A stretch of DNA of 51,407 nucleotides from a virus (taxonomy: Duplodnaviria; Caudoviricetes), in the IMG/VR virus record IMGVR_UViG_3300025723_000058, positions 1-51,407 of that record, one strand, 5' to 3'. A program made the position numbers and the translations under genes. The notes below the pieces were generated by a model. The model had not been told where the DNA came from. It did no database searches and worked only from the letters and a program-made list of their open reading frames with translations. The stretch's first letter is position 1, and every line of letters starts with the position of its first letter. This document shows positions 14,895-24,502 of this stretch, in pieces.

Positions 14895-15923
14895 CTAAGT
14901 TGCAATATTTTCTTTAAGCTCCTTCAATTTTTTAACCAAATCTAACTCTTCAGCGGACATATCCTTATCAACTAGTAAATCCAATTCAAATATCATATCA
15001 CCACGATTAGTTGAATTTAATTGAATCATACCCTTCTTAGGTATTCTAAGAGTATTGTTAACATTACTAAATGGTGGAACAGTTACCCTAATTTTAGTGT
15101 TTTCAATTGTTGTTGTTTCAACTTTATCACCTAATATTAGTTGATGAAAATTAAGTTTAAGTTTTACCCTCAAATCATTACCAATTCTAACAAATTTATC
15201 ATGCTTTAATTCAACAATATTAATTATTAAATCACCAGATACCCCATTTCTTGTTGAATGGCCTTTACCAGACATCAAAAACTGCATCGAATCAACGATA
15301 CCAGCTGGTACATTAACATCTATTGTTTCATTTGAATCAACAACGCCATCACCATTGCAAGTATTACATACTGTTTGATATACTGTACCATTACCATCAC
15401 ATGAACTACAAGTATATTGATTGTGTACAGCACCAAATGGAGTTTGCATTATTTCAACCTTCATACCAGTACCACCACAATCATTACAATTTGTACTACC
15501 ATGACCGCCAGTTGATTTACAATCTGGGCAATTATTCTTCTTCTTATATGAAAATTTCTTAGTAACACCAGTGAATATTTCTTCAAGTGTTAATTTAACT
15601 GATAACGTTAAATTAGGACCCTTATTCATTCGTTGTCCTCTAGGTGTAAACCCAGCACGTTTAAAGAAGTCAGCTATGGGGTCATAACCACTGGCATCGC
15701 CCATACTCTTATCAAATCCTGACATCCCATATTTATCGTATTTAGCCCTCTTATCAGTGTCGGATAATACTTCATACGCTTCGGCGATTTCTTTAAATGC
15801 TTCAGCATCACCACCAACGTCTGGATGACTAGTTTTAGCTAATTTACGATAAGCCTTTTTTATTTCATCTTGAGTTGCAGTCTTGGTAATACCTAAAACT
15901 TCGTAAAAATCCTTTTTAGCCAT
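14895..15923 (-). CDS. dnaJ: DnaJ co-chaperone
   Basis: J domain with HPD, four CxxC zinc motifs, DnaJ C-terminal domain. Confidence 0.95.
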   Translation of the reverse strand: MAKKDFYEVLGITKTATQDEIKKAYRKLAKTSHPDVGGDAEAFKEIAEAYEVLSDTDKRAKYDKYGMSGFDKSMGDASGYDPIADFFKRAGFTPRGQRMNKGPNLTLSVKLTLEEIFTGVTKKFSYKKKNNCPDCKSTGGHGSTNCNDCGGTGMKVEIMQTPFGAVHNQYTCSSCDGNGTVYQTVCNTCNGDGVVDSNETIDVNVPAGIVDSMQFLMSGKGHSTRNGVSGDLIINIVELKHDKFVRIGNDLRVKLKLNFHQLILGDKVETTTIENTKIRVTVPPFSNVNNTLRIPKKGMIQLNSTNRGDMIFELDLLVDKDMSAEELDLVKKLKELKENIAT

Positions 15924-15972
15924 AATTATTTATTTTTTGCAAATATACGTTATTTTTAGATAAAAACCAAAA

Positions 15973-16632
15973 ATGGTATATAGAGTTATTTTAGTTAGTA
16001 ATGGTGAATATAAAAAAACATTTCATCGTAGTAAAACAATTGAAACATGTTATAAGGCATATCATTCATTAATTGAAGCAAATCAAAAGGTTATGTTCCC
16101 TAAAAGATATATAAATACTGGTAAAATAAAACCAGTGGAATTTAAAATTTGCGTAATTAAACCAACTGAGCCTAATGATGTATTTAGAACAGTAAGAGAC
16201 GATTTTGGCCGTACATATACTGAAAAACCAATTGGTGATTGGACAATATTAGCGTCTGAACCTTATGAGGTTGAGGAAGAATTTTGGATATTTGGACGTG
16301 ACCCTAAAGCTAATAGACCAACAATAGAAGATGTTGTTAAAAGATTAATGGTTGGCGCATTTAAGGAAAAAATGGTAAAACAAATTATTGTTGTTCATAA
16401 TAAATTAATTATTTATAATGAAGACCAATTTGATATGGTAGTATGCAAAAACAAAAATGATGCACAAAGGTTGCATCATTCTTTAGCTAAAATAGCTAGA
16501 AAGCAAAAAATTAAAAGTCTTATGTTTATGGGAACGGCAACGCCAGCTACCATTACTCGCATGTATGACTTAATAAAGGAAAGTACTGGCTGGCCTATTC
16601 AAAAGATTAAGCGCACCAGTACTAGACCTTAA
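15973..16632 (+). CDS. Hypothetical protein
   Basis: 219 aa ORF filling the gap, divergent from dnaJ. Confidence 0.75.
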   Translation: MVYRVILVSNGEYKKTFHRSKTIETCYKAYHSLIEANQKVMFPKRYINTGKIKPVEFKICVIKPTEPNDVFRTVRDDFGRTYTEKPIGDWTILASEPYEVEEEFWIFGRDPKANRPTIEDVVKRLMVGAFKEKMVKQIIVVHNKLIIYNEDQFDMVVCKNKNDAQRLHHSLAKIARKQKIKSLMFMGTATPATITRMYDLIKESTGWPIQKIKRTSTRP

Positions 16633-16817
16633 CGTAATAAGTTTTCCAACTTTATTACCAAATTGGCGATTTTTTTATCATTCTCGTCAATCTTTTTTTG
16701 AATGTTATCAGGTATATTTACAACATACTCCGATTTCATTTTTGAATTTGCCCTTTGCAAGGCATCACTTTCACGAATTAAATTATCGTAATAAGCTGCT
16801 TTTTCTTGATTTGTCAT
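16629..16817 (-). CDS. Small hypothetical protein
   Basis: 62 aa coiled-coil-like ORF. Confidence 0.6.
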   Translation of the reverse strand: MTNQEKAAYYDNLIRESDALQRANSKMKSEYVVNIPDNIQKKIDENDKKIANLVIKLENLLR

Positions 16818-16823
16818 TAATTT

Positions 16824-17483
16824 TTAACGCCTTCTTCCGAAAGATGATGACGATGAACCACCAAATGAACTACTTCTTGAGCCGAAGGAAGAAGATGATG
16901 TTGAAGGTCGGCTAAAGGTTGAGGTTGAAGTTCTACTACCAAATGAGGATGAACCGCTTCCGCTTATTGTCGAAGCTGGCTTACCAAATGATGAGGTACC
17001 TGTTGTTACAGATGCGGTCCTATTACCAAATGATGAACCTGTTGTCGAAGTTGTTGTTCTATTACTAAATGTTGAAGTACTTGTAGATGTCCTAGAAGGG
17101 CCATTATAAGTATTCCTAAACGGTGATGATTTCCAAGAACGATACCTAGATGAATTATAGCTATTAAAGTAATTTCGATGGCTTGAATACATACTATTTA
17201 CATAGCCAAAACCGCCATAATTATACCAATTCATAAATTGATTGTAAGCAATTACATACTGAATACCATTCATTACGTAAACCACATCTTGAGTACCAGA
17301 GTATGGGTCGGTAATTACCTGGTAATTTTGTTGAGCCACCACTGGTTGGGCTACAACTTGTTGTGCTACTACTTGTTGTGCTACTACTTGGGGTTGCGTT
17401 GAATAAACAACCGCTGGTTGAGTGTTGCATGATACCAATGTTATGATAACTGCGATAAAAGAGAAACTTAAAAGCTTTTTCAT
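16824..17483 (-). CDS. Lipoprotein with Ser/Gly-rich SSFG-repeat tail
   Basis: Lipobox LVSC, QQVVA repeats, disordered C-terminus. Confidence 0.75.
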   Translation of the reverse strand: MKKLLSFSFIAVIITLVSCNTQPAVVYSTQPQVVAQQVVAQQVVAQPVVAQQNYQVITDPYSGTQDVVYVMNGIQYVIAYNQFMNWYNYGGFGYVNSMYSSHRNYFNSYNSSRYRSWKSSPFRNTYNGPSRTSTSTSTFSNRTTTSTTGSSFGNRTASVTTGTSSFGKPASTISGSGSSSFGSRTSTSTFSRPSTSSSSFGSRSSSFGGSSSSSFGRRR

Positions 17484-17539
17484 TTTTTTTTTATTTTTTG
17501 TTTATAAATTACGTTTGAAATTAAATGAAGGTGTTTTTA

Positions 17540-17767
17540 TTAAACACCTTCTAAATCGTTAATGATTTCAGTATCGGTAGCACCAATGTACCCCAAAACG
17601 TTAAATACTCGAATACCGTCACGAATCTCGCCAGTACTCTTTAAAATTACACACACGGGAATATCAGTACCGATAGTACCTAAACCACGACTTTCCATTT
17701 CCGCAATAGCGGCATCCAAACCATCATAAATGTTTGGGGCACCTTCAATTACAATTCTTTGACTCAT
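17540..17767 (-). CDS. Hypothetical protein
   Basis: 75 aa ORF after GTATATTTGCA promoter. Confidence 0.65.
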   Translation of the reverse strand: MSQRIVIEGAPNIYDGLDAAIAEMESRGLGTIGTDIPVCVILKSTGEIRDGIRVFNVLGYIGATDTEIINDLEGV

Positions 17768-17949
17768 TTTTTTATTTTTATTGTTATTTAATGATGCAAA
17801 TATACAACCTTTTTTGATACCACCAAATTTTTTTTTAAATATAATAATCTTTCTGATAATTTAAGTTAAAATGTAAGATACCTGTAATTGGGTCACGATA
17901 AGGTTTACCTTGCCATTTACGTAATGGTTTAATAAAAAATCGCTGAATT

Positions 17950-18255
17950 TTAAGTAGTAGGATTCTCATCTGGGTTAAGTTTTTCTCCATCCATACCAAA
18001 GTTACTTGAAATATCGTTTATTAGCTTATTTACACGCTCCATTTGTTCTGGAGGTGCAATGATAGGGTTAATACATTCTATTCGCTCTACATCGTCCGTA
18101 GGTAGGAAAAATGCCATAACTTTAAAGTTCTTAGCTTCTATTAGATGATTAACTGATTGTGTAAAATGTTCCATTAGCTGGCGATTTTTCATAATTTGTC
18201 TATCTACATAAAATACTAAGACTAATGGATACGTTGATTCTGTTGTTCCGCTCAT
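17950..18255 (-). CDS. Hypothetical protein
   Basis: 101 aa ORF. Confidence 0.65.
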   Translation of the reverse strand: MSGTTESTYPLVLVFYVDRQIMKNRQLMEHFTQSVNHLIEAKNFKVMAFFLPTDDVERIECINPIIAPPEQMERVNKLINDISSNFGMDGEKLNPDENPTT

Positions 18256-18257
18256 AA

Positions 18258-18437
18258 TTAATTGTTTGCTTCTTTTAGAAAGACAGATATTAAACTGTCT
18301 CTTTCTGATTCACCTAGGGCTAATTCAGCTTTTATTGGTTGATTGTTTATCATTAAATAAACAATATACTGAGTAATTGTTTTACCTTTAAAAACCTTAC
18401 TTCTGTACTCATCAATTGGTTTTACTACTACTGTCAT
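18258..18437 (-). CDS. Small hypothetical protein (59 aa)
   Basis: Hand translation MTVVVKPIDEYRSKVF...KEANN. Confidence 0.55.
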   Translation of the reverse strand: MTVVVKPIDEYRSKVFKGKTITQYIVYLMINNQPIKAELALGESERDSLISVFLKEANN

Positions 18438-18487
18438 TTTTTTATTTAAAATTAGACATTTTTATTTAAAGTGTAAATACAATAAAC

Positions 18488-18515
18488 AAAAAAAGCCGTA
18501 ATAAATTACGACTTT
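18488..18515 (-). terminator. Intrinsic terminator
   Basis: AAAGTCGTAA-TTTA-TTACGGCTTTTTTT. Confidence 0.75.
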
Positions 18516-18529
18516 TATATAACCTTGCC

Positions 18530-18680
18530 AAGATGTGGGAGTATTTACTTCGAACTCTGTTGTGAAGATTGTTTCAAATTAATTAAATAAAACAATTTTA
18601 AAGGGCTGAAACAATATTAAAAGGCCCAACTTTTAGCAATTTTGAACATTTTTTAGATTTTAAATTGCAGTATACATCTT
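18530..18680 (-). ncRNA. Stem+CWGCAA element C
   Basis: AAGATGT-ATA-CTGCAA...ACATCTT-G between TROVE/vWA gene and its terminator. Confidence 0.5.
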
Positions 18681-18690
18681 TTAACAGGAA

Positions 18691-20127
18691 TTAAATTACA
18701 ATCTTCTGATAACGTTCGCTATTAACGACTTCGTTCATCATACTGATAGGTGTAAGGTCCTTACCAGCCAACAAGTTTTTCAACAATGATGGGCTGAAAC
18801 CAGATACCAAAGCTGTACCCTTTTCATCGAAATGAACTGGGCTATCAGTATTTCTAGCGTTAAGATTCCAATATACTATCTTAGGCATTGTGTACCCAGC
18901 AGCAGCATATTGTGCTCTTATCATTTCTTGAGCGGTAGGATTCCAACCACCAACAACGCTTGGATTGAATTGCATATCAGACAATATCAATATCATTGTT
19001 GGCATTTCTTCAACTGGTACATTATACCTCTTAGCTTGACCTAAGATAAGGTTAAATGTTGCTTCTAAGTTTGTACTACCATGCCATTCAGCACGAGACA
19101 ATTGATTGTATCTTTCAGATAACTTACCAGATAAAATCTGCAACTTTGGATTAGTTGAGAAAGTTACAAAAGCATCTTTAAATGGTCCAACATTCTTTTC
19201 AGAAATGTAAATACCCAAAGATATTGCAACGTCAATACATCTTACCAATGCGTTTCCGCCAGCAGAGCATGTCATAGAACCAGAAGTGTCAACAACTGGT
19301 AATAATCTTTCGTTATTACCTAACATATAGTTTGGTAATGCTTTCCATTGCTGGTCAGCACCATCCTTAGAACCATAATTTAAGTTTTTGATGATGTCGT
19401 ATGGGTATACGGCAGCAGCATTAATCTTAGTTTCACCCTTTTCAAGTGAAGCCAAGTATGCTTGGAAACGTGCTAAGTCATTCTTTGAGAATGCTTTCAT
19501 GTAGTCTGACATTGCTTTTGATGGCAACTTAGAATACTCAATAGCAGTCCAATTTTTAGAACACATTAACTGTTCAACAGTATTTGATAGTTCAACAAGT
19601 TTCTTTCTGTAGTCCTTTGGAGAAAGGCCCAAAAAGTTCCTTAGAACATTAGCTTCACGCTTTCTTTCTCTATTACCAACGTTTGGACGTGGCATCCACT
19701 TAGCACAAAGTCCATTCTTTTCGTCAAGACCAGTCCTGATAAGTGCAAGAGCTTCATTTTCAAGCTTAGTACCAATAAGTTGTAATACGTCATCCCAACG
19801 TCCAAATTCTGGAATATGAACTAAGTTCTTAGCAAGAACATCAGAATGGTTATTAGCTAAATACTTAATCAAATCCCTAAAGATTTGTCTTTCACCAGCA
19901 CCACCTCTAACATCACGAGCCCAGAATAACAACCTCAAAGCTGTTAAAGCATCTTCGTTAAAAGCTTTAACGAATGTATTAATAAGTAATTGCTTATCTT
20001 TACCTCTCATCGCACCTATTTGGAAAAATAGGTTTACGCAGTGGTTAAGTGATGAGCTATTAGTTGACATACCATTAGCTGTAAATGTGTCCTTAGTTTG
20101 CATTGCTCTTAATAAACTTGTTGCCAT
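18691..20127 (-). CDS. DUF2828-like TROVE/vWA protein (Ro60-like architecture)
   Basis: RDVRGGAGER, GRWDD, AKWMPR, MIDAS DTSGSM, ILSDMQF, SGFS. Confidence 0.85.
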   Translation of the reverse strand: MATSLLRAMQTKDTFTANGMSTNSSSLNHCVNLFFQIGAMRGKDKQLLINTFVKAFNEDALTALRLLFWARDVRGGAGERQIFRDLIKYLANNHSDVLAKNLVHIPEFGRWDDVLQLIGTKLENEALALIRTGLDEKNGLCAKWMPRPNVGNRERKREANVLRNFLGLSPKDYRKKLVELSNTVEQLMCSKNWTAIEYSKLPSKAMSDYMKAFSKNDLARFQAYLASLEKGETKINAAAVYPYDIIKNLNYGSKDGADQQWKALPNYMLGNNERLLPVVDTSGSMTCSAGGNALVRCIDVAISLGIYISEKNVGPFKDAFVTFSTNPKLQILSGKLSERYNQLSRAEWHGSTNLEATFNLILGQAKRYNVPVEEMPTMILILSDMQFNPSVVGGWNPTAQEMIRAQYAAAGYTMPKIVYWNLNARNTDSPVHFDEKGTALVSGFSPSLLKNLLAGKDLTPISMMNEVVNSERYQKIVI

Positions 20128-20206
20128 AAAAGTAAATTTTAATTGTTTTATTTAATTGAGTGCAAATATACGAACTATTTTTGGATTATGCAAATAAATT
20201 TTTAAA

Positions 20207-20431
20207 TTATTTTTTTTTAATGAATTTTATAAGTATTCCACCCAGTTCAACTTCATACTCATCCATTAGTGTGAAGTTTATCCCAACTGAATTTGTTTTA
20301 TAAAAAAGTTCTTCATTTAGGGCTTTATGTACATTATCTGGTAATTCATACGTTAATGATAACCCAGACTTTATGATTTCATCATTATTAATGATTTCTG
20401 ATATTGATTTAATTAATTCCTCGTAAGTCAT
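20207..20431 (-). CDS. Hypothetical protein
   Basis: ORF in operon arrangement. Confidence 0.6.
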   Translation of the reverse strand: MTYEELIKSISEIINNDEIIKSGLSLTYELPDNVHKALNEELFYKTNSVGINFTLMDEYEVELGGILIKFIKKK

Positions 20432-20432
20432 G

Positions 20433-20669
20433 TTAAAATTTTGTAAACAGATTTAATAAAAACTCTTTAATTTTAGTTTTAAAAGGTTTTTTTATAAATA
20501 TAACTTTATTAGGGTTAGCTTTTATCTCATTACCTAAACCAGACTTAACTTGATTTATAAATTGATGTTTTCGCATCAATGTTTTAGTCATTTCCAATTG
20601 GTTAGCTTTTTCAGCTAAATGTAACTCCCTAGATATTGGGGATGTATTTTCAATTAATTCTAATTCCAT
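20433..20669 (-). CDS. Hypothetical protein
   Basis: ORF in operon arrangement. Confidence 0.6.
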   Translation of the reverse strand: MELELIENTSPISRELHLAEKANQLEMTKTLMRKHQFINQVKSGLGNEIKANPNKVIFIKKPFKTKIKEFLLNLFTKF

Positions 20670-20739
20670 AGTTTTTATTGTAAATATACGAATAATCTTG
20701 ATTTTTTCAAATAAAATGCTTAGATTTAATAAAAAAATT

Positions 20740-21051
20740 ATGAATACACTTATTTTTATCTTAATTTGTTACGGTGCATGTAACAACATTATTTACGGTT
20801 CAGTGTTTGAAGGGTTTAGAGTGTTTATAGCTAAATTCGGCACTGGTGGTTACAGTTTGTACAAATTATTTACTTGTTTTATGTGCTTAGGTACTTGGAT
20901 GGGATTCGCTATTAGTTACATGATGATATTTTTTGGTATAATGCCACCAATAGAGTCTAATAACGTATATGTTACGATATTTTTAAACGGTTTACTATCA
21001 GCTGGCGGTGTATGGTTAGTACATACCTTGCAAGAATATTTAGAGAAATAA
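20740..21051 (+). CDS. Small membrane protein (DUF1360-like)
   Basis: Hydrophobic helices, LFTCFMCLGTW motif. Confidence 0.6.
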   Translation: MNTLIFILICYGACNNIIYGSVFEGFRVFIAKFGTGGYSLYKLFTCFMCLGTWMGFAISYMMIFFGIMPPIESNNVYVTIFLNGLLSAGGVWLVHTLQEYLEK

Positions 21052-21078
21052 AAAAACCCCAATTACGGGGTTTTTTTT
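21050..21078. terminator. Bidirectional terminator
   Basis: AAAAAAACCCC-AATTAC-GGGGTTTTTTTT between convergent genes. Confidence 0.8.
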
Positions 21079-21817
21079 ATAATCCTTTAGAATCTATACA
21101 TTTTTCACAAGCTTCTTCTGGTCCACAATCACAATCAGGCATTAAAGTGTTAGCCATTATAGCTTCACTTATTTTTCTTCTTGGTGGTAATTCAACATTA
21201 ACTTTGGGTTTAACTTTACCATTTAGTTTTTCAGCTTCTCTTTTTCGTCTATAATTCTCGGCCCTAGCTTCTTCTTCTAAAATTTCACGTTCCTCATCAG
21301 TTAAGGGTTGTTGTGGGGTGTCTGGTTGAACATATTCAACAGCTGGTACACCTGGCGAAACAAATACTTGTTCCTCAACAGGGTGTTTAACTTGTTCCAT
21401 TAATGGTTCATTAATTTCATCATCAATATCGAACTCATTTAACGCTGGTACCAGTTCTTCATCCGCAATTGTAAATTTTAATCTACTAAGTTGACTAAGT
21501 GTATGCTTTTTAAATACTTCCTTAAGCTCATTTACTTTAGCACGTAATAAGTCATGTTTTTTCTCACGTTCAAGATTAATCTTTATCACATTCGAAACAT
21601 AATCTAATAACTCATCAAGTCCAATATTAGGATTATCGCTGAATATCATATAATAATTCAACGTTTCGTCTTCACCTTTAATTCTCTTTATTGTATTAGA
21701 TTCGATTAATGTCCAACCAGTTTTAAATATTGTATCAACAACGACTAGTTCTTCAACGTATCGAATACTAATGACGTATGGTTTTAAAGCATTAAGTGCT
21801 TTTTGTAAATTCGCCAT
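21077..21817 (-). CDS. Hypothetical protein
   Basis: 246 aa, C-terminal CxC..CxxC. Confidence 0.7.
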   Translation of the reverse strand: MANLQKALNALKPYVISIRYVEELVVVDTIFKTGWTLIESNTIKRIKGEDETLNYYMIFSDNPNIGLDELLDYVSNVIKINLEREKKHDLLRAKVNELKEVFKKHTLSQLSRLKFTIADEELVPALNEFDIDDEINEPLMEQVKHPVEEQVFVSPGVPAVEYVQPDTPQQPLTDEEREILEEEARAENYRRKREAEKLNGKVKPKVNVELPPRRKISEAIMANTLMPDCDCGPEEACEKCIDSKGL

Positions 21818-21824
21818 GTGTAGT

Positions 21825-22049
21825 TTAGATTTTTATTCCAGTAAAAAATACTGTCAACAAGTAAGCAATTGAAACGCCTAATAGGAGTAACGATTTACCA
21901 CTTAATTTATATTTTAAAACTTCATCTTCGCTTTCCGCACGTCTTGATATTACTAATGTTTGTACGAAATAATAACCATGTCTTATGGTATTAAGCATGG
22001 CCATGAAGAATAAAACCGTAAAAATTTTATTTATGATTTCTAATAGCAT
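21825..22049 (-). CDS. Small two-TM membrane protein
   Basis: Two hydrophobic segments. Confidence 0.6.
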   Translation of the reverse strand: MLLEIINKIFTVLFFMAMLNTIRHGYYFVQTLVISRRAESEDEVLKYKLSGKSLLLLGVSIAYLLTVFFTGIKI

Positions 22050-22051
22050 TA

Positions 22052-22237
22052 TTATACTTTTTTAGACTCTTTCTTTTGTTCTGAAATGTCTTTTCTCAAT
22101 TCTTGTGATAATTGTTTTAGTGTTTGTAGAGATTTTCTAACTCTTACACCAGCAGTACTGTTACCTTTGTTATAAAATTTGATAACATCTTCTTTCATTG
22201 AAGCAACTAAGGCTTCTAATTCGTTAAATTTTTCCAT
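22052..22237 (-). CDS. Histone H1-like (Hc1 family) protein
   Basis: KFYNKGNSTAGVRVRKSLQTLKQLSQELRKDI. Confidence 0.8.
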   Translation of the reverse strand: MEKFNELEALVASMKEDVIKFYNKGNSTAGVRVRKSLQTLKQLSQELRKDISEQKKESKKV

Positions 22238-22460
22238 TTTCTTCTTTTTTTGATTCTGGGGTTATTTTATTTATCATGGTTGTAAACTTTTCTAACATTA
22301 ATTCGTTAGAGACAAGCATACCTAGATACATTTTAATTGTTGTGACTTTTGAATCAATATCCATATCGCTATTAATAGCGTTTTCTAATTTATCTTGTAG
22401 CTTAAGATTTTCAACGCCTAAATCGGCAATTACAACATTTATTACTCTATTTGTGTCCAT
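22224..22460 (-). CDS. Hypothetical protein
   Basis: ORF in operon arrangement. Confidence 0.6.
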   Translation of the reverse strand: MDTNRVINVVIADLGVENLKLQDKLENAINSDMDIDSKVTTIKMYLGMLVSNELMLEKFTTMINKITPESKKEENGKI

Positions 22461-22508
22461 GATGAATAATGTACTAAAACAATACTAAAAATCAAGTATA
22501 TTTAAAAT

Positions 22509-22973
22509 TTATTTTGAAATTAGTGACACATCTAATAATTTATATACCTCAATCATCGTATCAATATCTGATTTACTTTTAATATTGTTATAATCAAATA
22601 TAAAAGACCACAATTTTAATAATTTAGCTTCAACCTCATCTTTTTTTGTTATTGGATAATAAACATCATACATGAAATCAATAAAATAATTATAGACATA
22701 GTAATTTCCTATATCAATACCTTCTTGTTTAAAGTTCTCAATATTCTTATTCCAACACCATTTAAAATGCGCTTCTTGGTCCGATGGTGTCATAACATCA
22801 TCGCCCATGTAAGTGTCAAAAATTAGCATTAATAATGATAATATGAAGTCATTGAATAATTCACATTTATCATACCTAATGCCATTGGTAGCATATAGAA
22901 TCCCTATGCTTTCTTTACTCATCGGTTTGTTAATGTAGTTCAAGAGCTCTAATGTTTTATTTTTATTAATCAT
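22509..22973 (-). CDS. Hypothetical protein
   Basis: 154 aa ORF. Confidence 0.7.
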   Translation of the reverse strand: MINKNKTLELLNYINKPMSKESIGILYATNGIRYDKCELFNDFILSLLMLIFDTYMGDDVMTPSDQEAHFKWCWNKNIENFKQEGIDIGNYYVYNYFIDFMYDVYYPITKKDEVEAKLLKLWSFIFDYNNIKSKSDIDTMIEVYKLLDVSLISK

Positions 22974-23025
22974 AATTTATTATACAAACAATATCCAAAA
23001 AATAAAGATAAAATACGTATAAAAC

Positions 23026-23052
23026 AAAAACCTCATAAAAATATGAGGTTTT
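23026..23052 (-). terminator. Intrinsic terminator
   Basis: AAAACCTCAT-ATTTTT-ATGAGGTTTTT. Confidence 0.7.
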
Positions 23053-23058
23053 GAATTA

Positions 23059-24480
23059 TTATTTATTTTTTATATCTTTGGTTGCCTCTGGAGCCTTCTT
23101 TTTTATCTTATCCCATTCACCATTCTTTGGTGCTGGAGCTTGTGTTCCTTTTTCTGTTGATACTGAACCTTGTACGTGTTTCTTAGCTTCAGGAGCTTGA
23201 GATTTCTTGTTATCTGGTTTAGTTTCTGTTGCTGTAGCCTTTGGCGTACTACCACCTAAATTACCTGTTGGTGAAGCTGCTGCATGTACTTTTATTTTAT
23301 CCCAATGACCTTCTTTTGGTGCTGGAGCTTGTGTACCCTTATCAGTTGATACTGAACCTTGTACGTGCTTCTTAGCATCTGAAGATTGTGAAATTTTTAT
23401 CTTATCCCATTCACCATTCTTTGGTGCTGGAGCTTGTGTTCCCTTTTCTGTTGATACTGAACCTTGAATATGCTTTTTAGCGTCAGGCGATTGTGTAATA
23501 CCTGCGTCATCCCACTCACCTTCTTCAGCTGTTTGTCCTTCAATATCTTCAGCTTCGCCTAATAATTTTTTTGTTTTAGCCCAAATATCAGCAAATGAAG
23601 CGTCTTCATTAATTCTATCCTTACCTCTAACTAAACCAAGAGTATCCTCTGATTTGTAGTTAAATAAGTGTTTCATTTTTTGAACGTCTTCATTAACAAG
23701 TGATTTATCAGATGCAGATAAGATTACTGCACTACCTTCAGTAAGTGAACCTTCCCAACGAATAGTGTATGATTCATTACCGTCAGTCATTTGGAATACC
23801 TTGTTATCTTGTTTATAACTTTCTGGTATTAATTTAAGTGCATTACCTACACCTTTAAACTCATTTTTAAATTTAAGTCTTTTCATAGTTTGTTTTTGTG
23901 TTTTATTTTCATTTACCTCTTTTAATGGTAATGAGTTTGAATTATTATTTGCGCTTTCGAGTGCATAAGGTTTATGACCAGTATCTTTCATTTCAACACT
24001 GTTGTCTTTACCATGCATATAAAATGTCGGTGTTTCCTCAGAACGTTTCTTAGTAGATGCTTTTATTCTCTTAACTAAGTTTTTACCAAATTCTGGGTCA
24101 CCACCTTGACCTTTTTCAACAACATTAGCCCATTCTGGATTATTACCCATTCTACTACTCCCCTCTATCGCCTCTAATGCCCTTTCTTTAAATAAATCAT
24201 CTGGGACCCTATCATATTGAACCATTTCCATACCGTTTAAGGTTTCCATTTCATCATGGTTCTCTTTCTCAGTATCTGAATTGTAGTTAAACTTATTTGT
24301 CCCCATAGATTTACTATCAGGGTCTTTCTTTTTAACATTTTTTTCAAAAGCCTTAACATCCTTGTTAATTGCGGCTACGCCATCCTTATTTGTTTTACTG
24401 TTATCAACTTTCTTCTTTGAATCCTTAGCTTCGGATATAAAGGTTTGTATTAAACAGTCTTTTATGATTTTTTTATCCAT
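23059..24480 (-). CDS. Putative virion-internal protein with C-terminal repeats
   Basis: Three KKHxQGSVSTxKGTQAPAPKxGxWDKIK repeats; TATTTAT upstream. Confidence 0.7.
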   Translation of the reverse strand: MDKKIIKDCLIQTFISEAKDSKKKVDNSKTNKDGVAAINKDVKAFEKNVKKKDPDSKSMGTNKFNYNSDTEKENHDEMETLNGMEMVQYDRVPDDLFKERALEAIEGSSRMGNNPEWANVVEKGQGGDPEFGKNLVKRIKASTKKRSEETPTFYMHGKDNSVEMKDTGHKPYALESANNNSNSLPLKEVNENKTQKQTMKRLKFKNEFKGVGNALKLIPESYKQDNKVFQMTDGNESYTIRWEGSLTEGSAVILSASDKSLVNEDVQKMKHLFNYKSEDTLGLVRGKDRINEDASFADIWAKTKKLLGEAEDIEGQTAEEGEWDDAGITQSPDAKKHIQGSVSTEKGTQAPAPKNGEWDKIKISQSSDAKKHVQGSVSTDKGTQAPAPKEGHWDKIKVHAAASPTGNLGGSTPKATATETKPDNKKSQAPEAKKHVQGSVSTEKGTQAPAPKNGEWDKIKKKAPEATKDIKNK

Positions 24481-24502
24481 TTCGTATTTTATTATAAATA
24501 TC

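Noticed and set aside
23090-23485. DGR template/variable repeat pair
   Set aside because: In-frame repeats within one gene, and no reverse transcriptase in the window.
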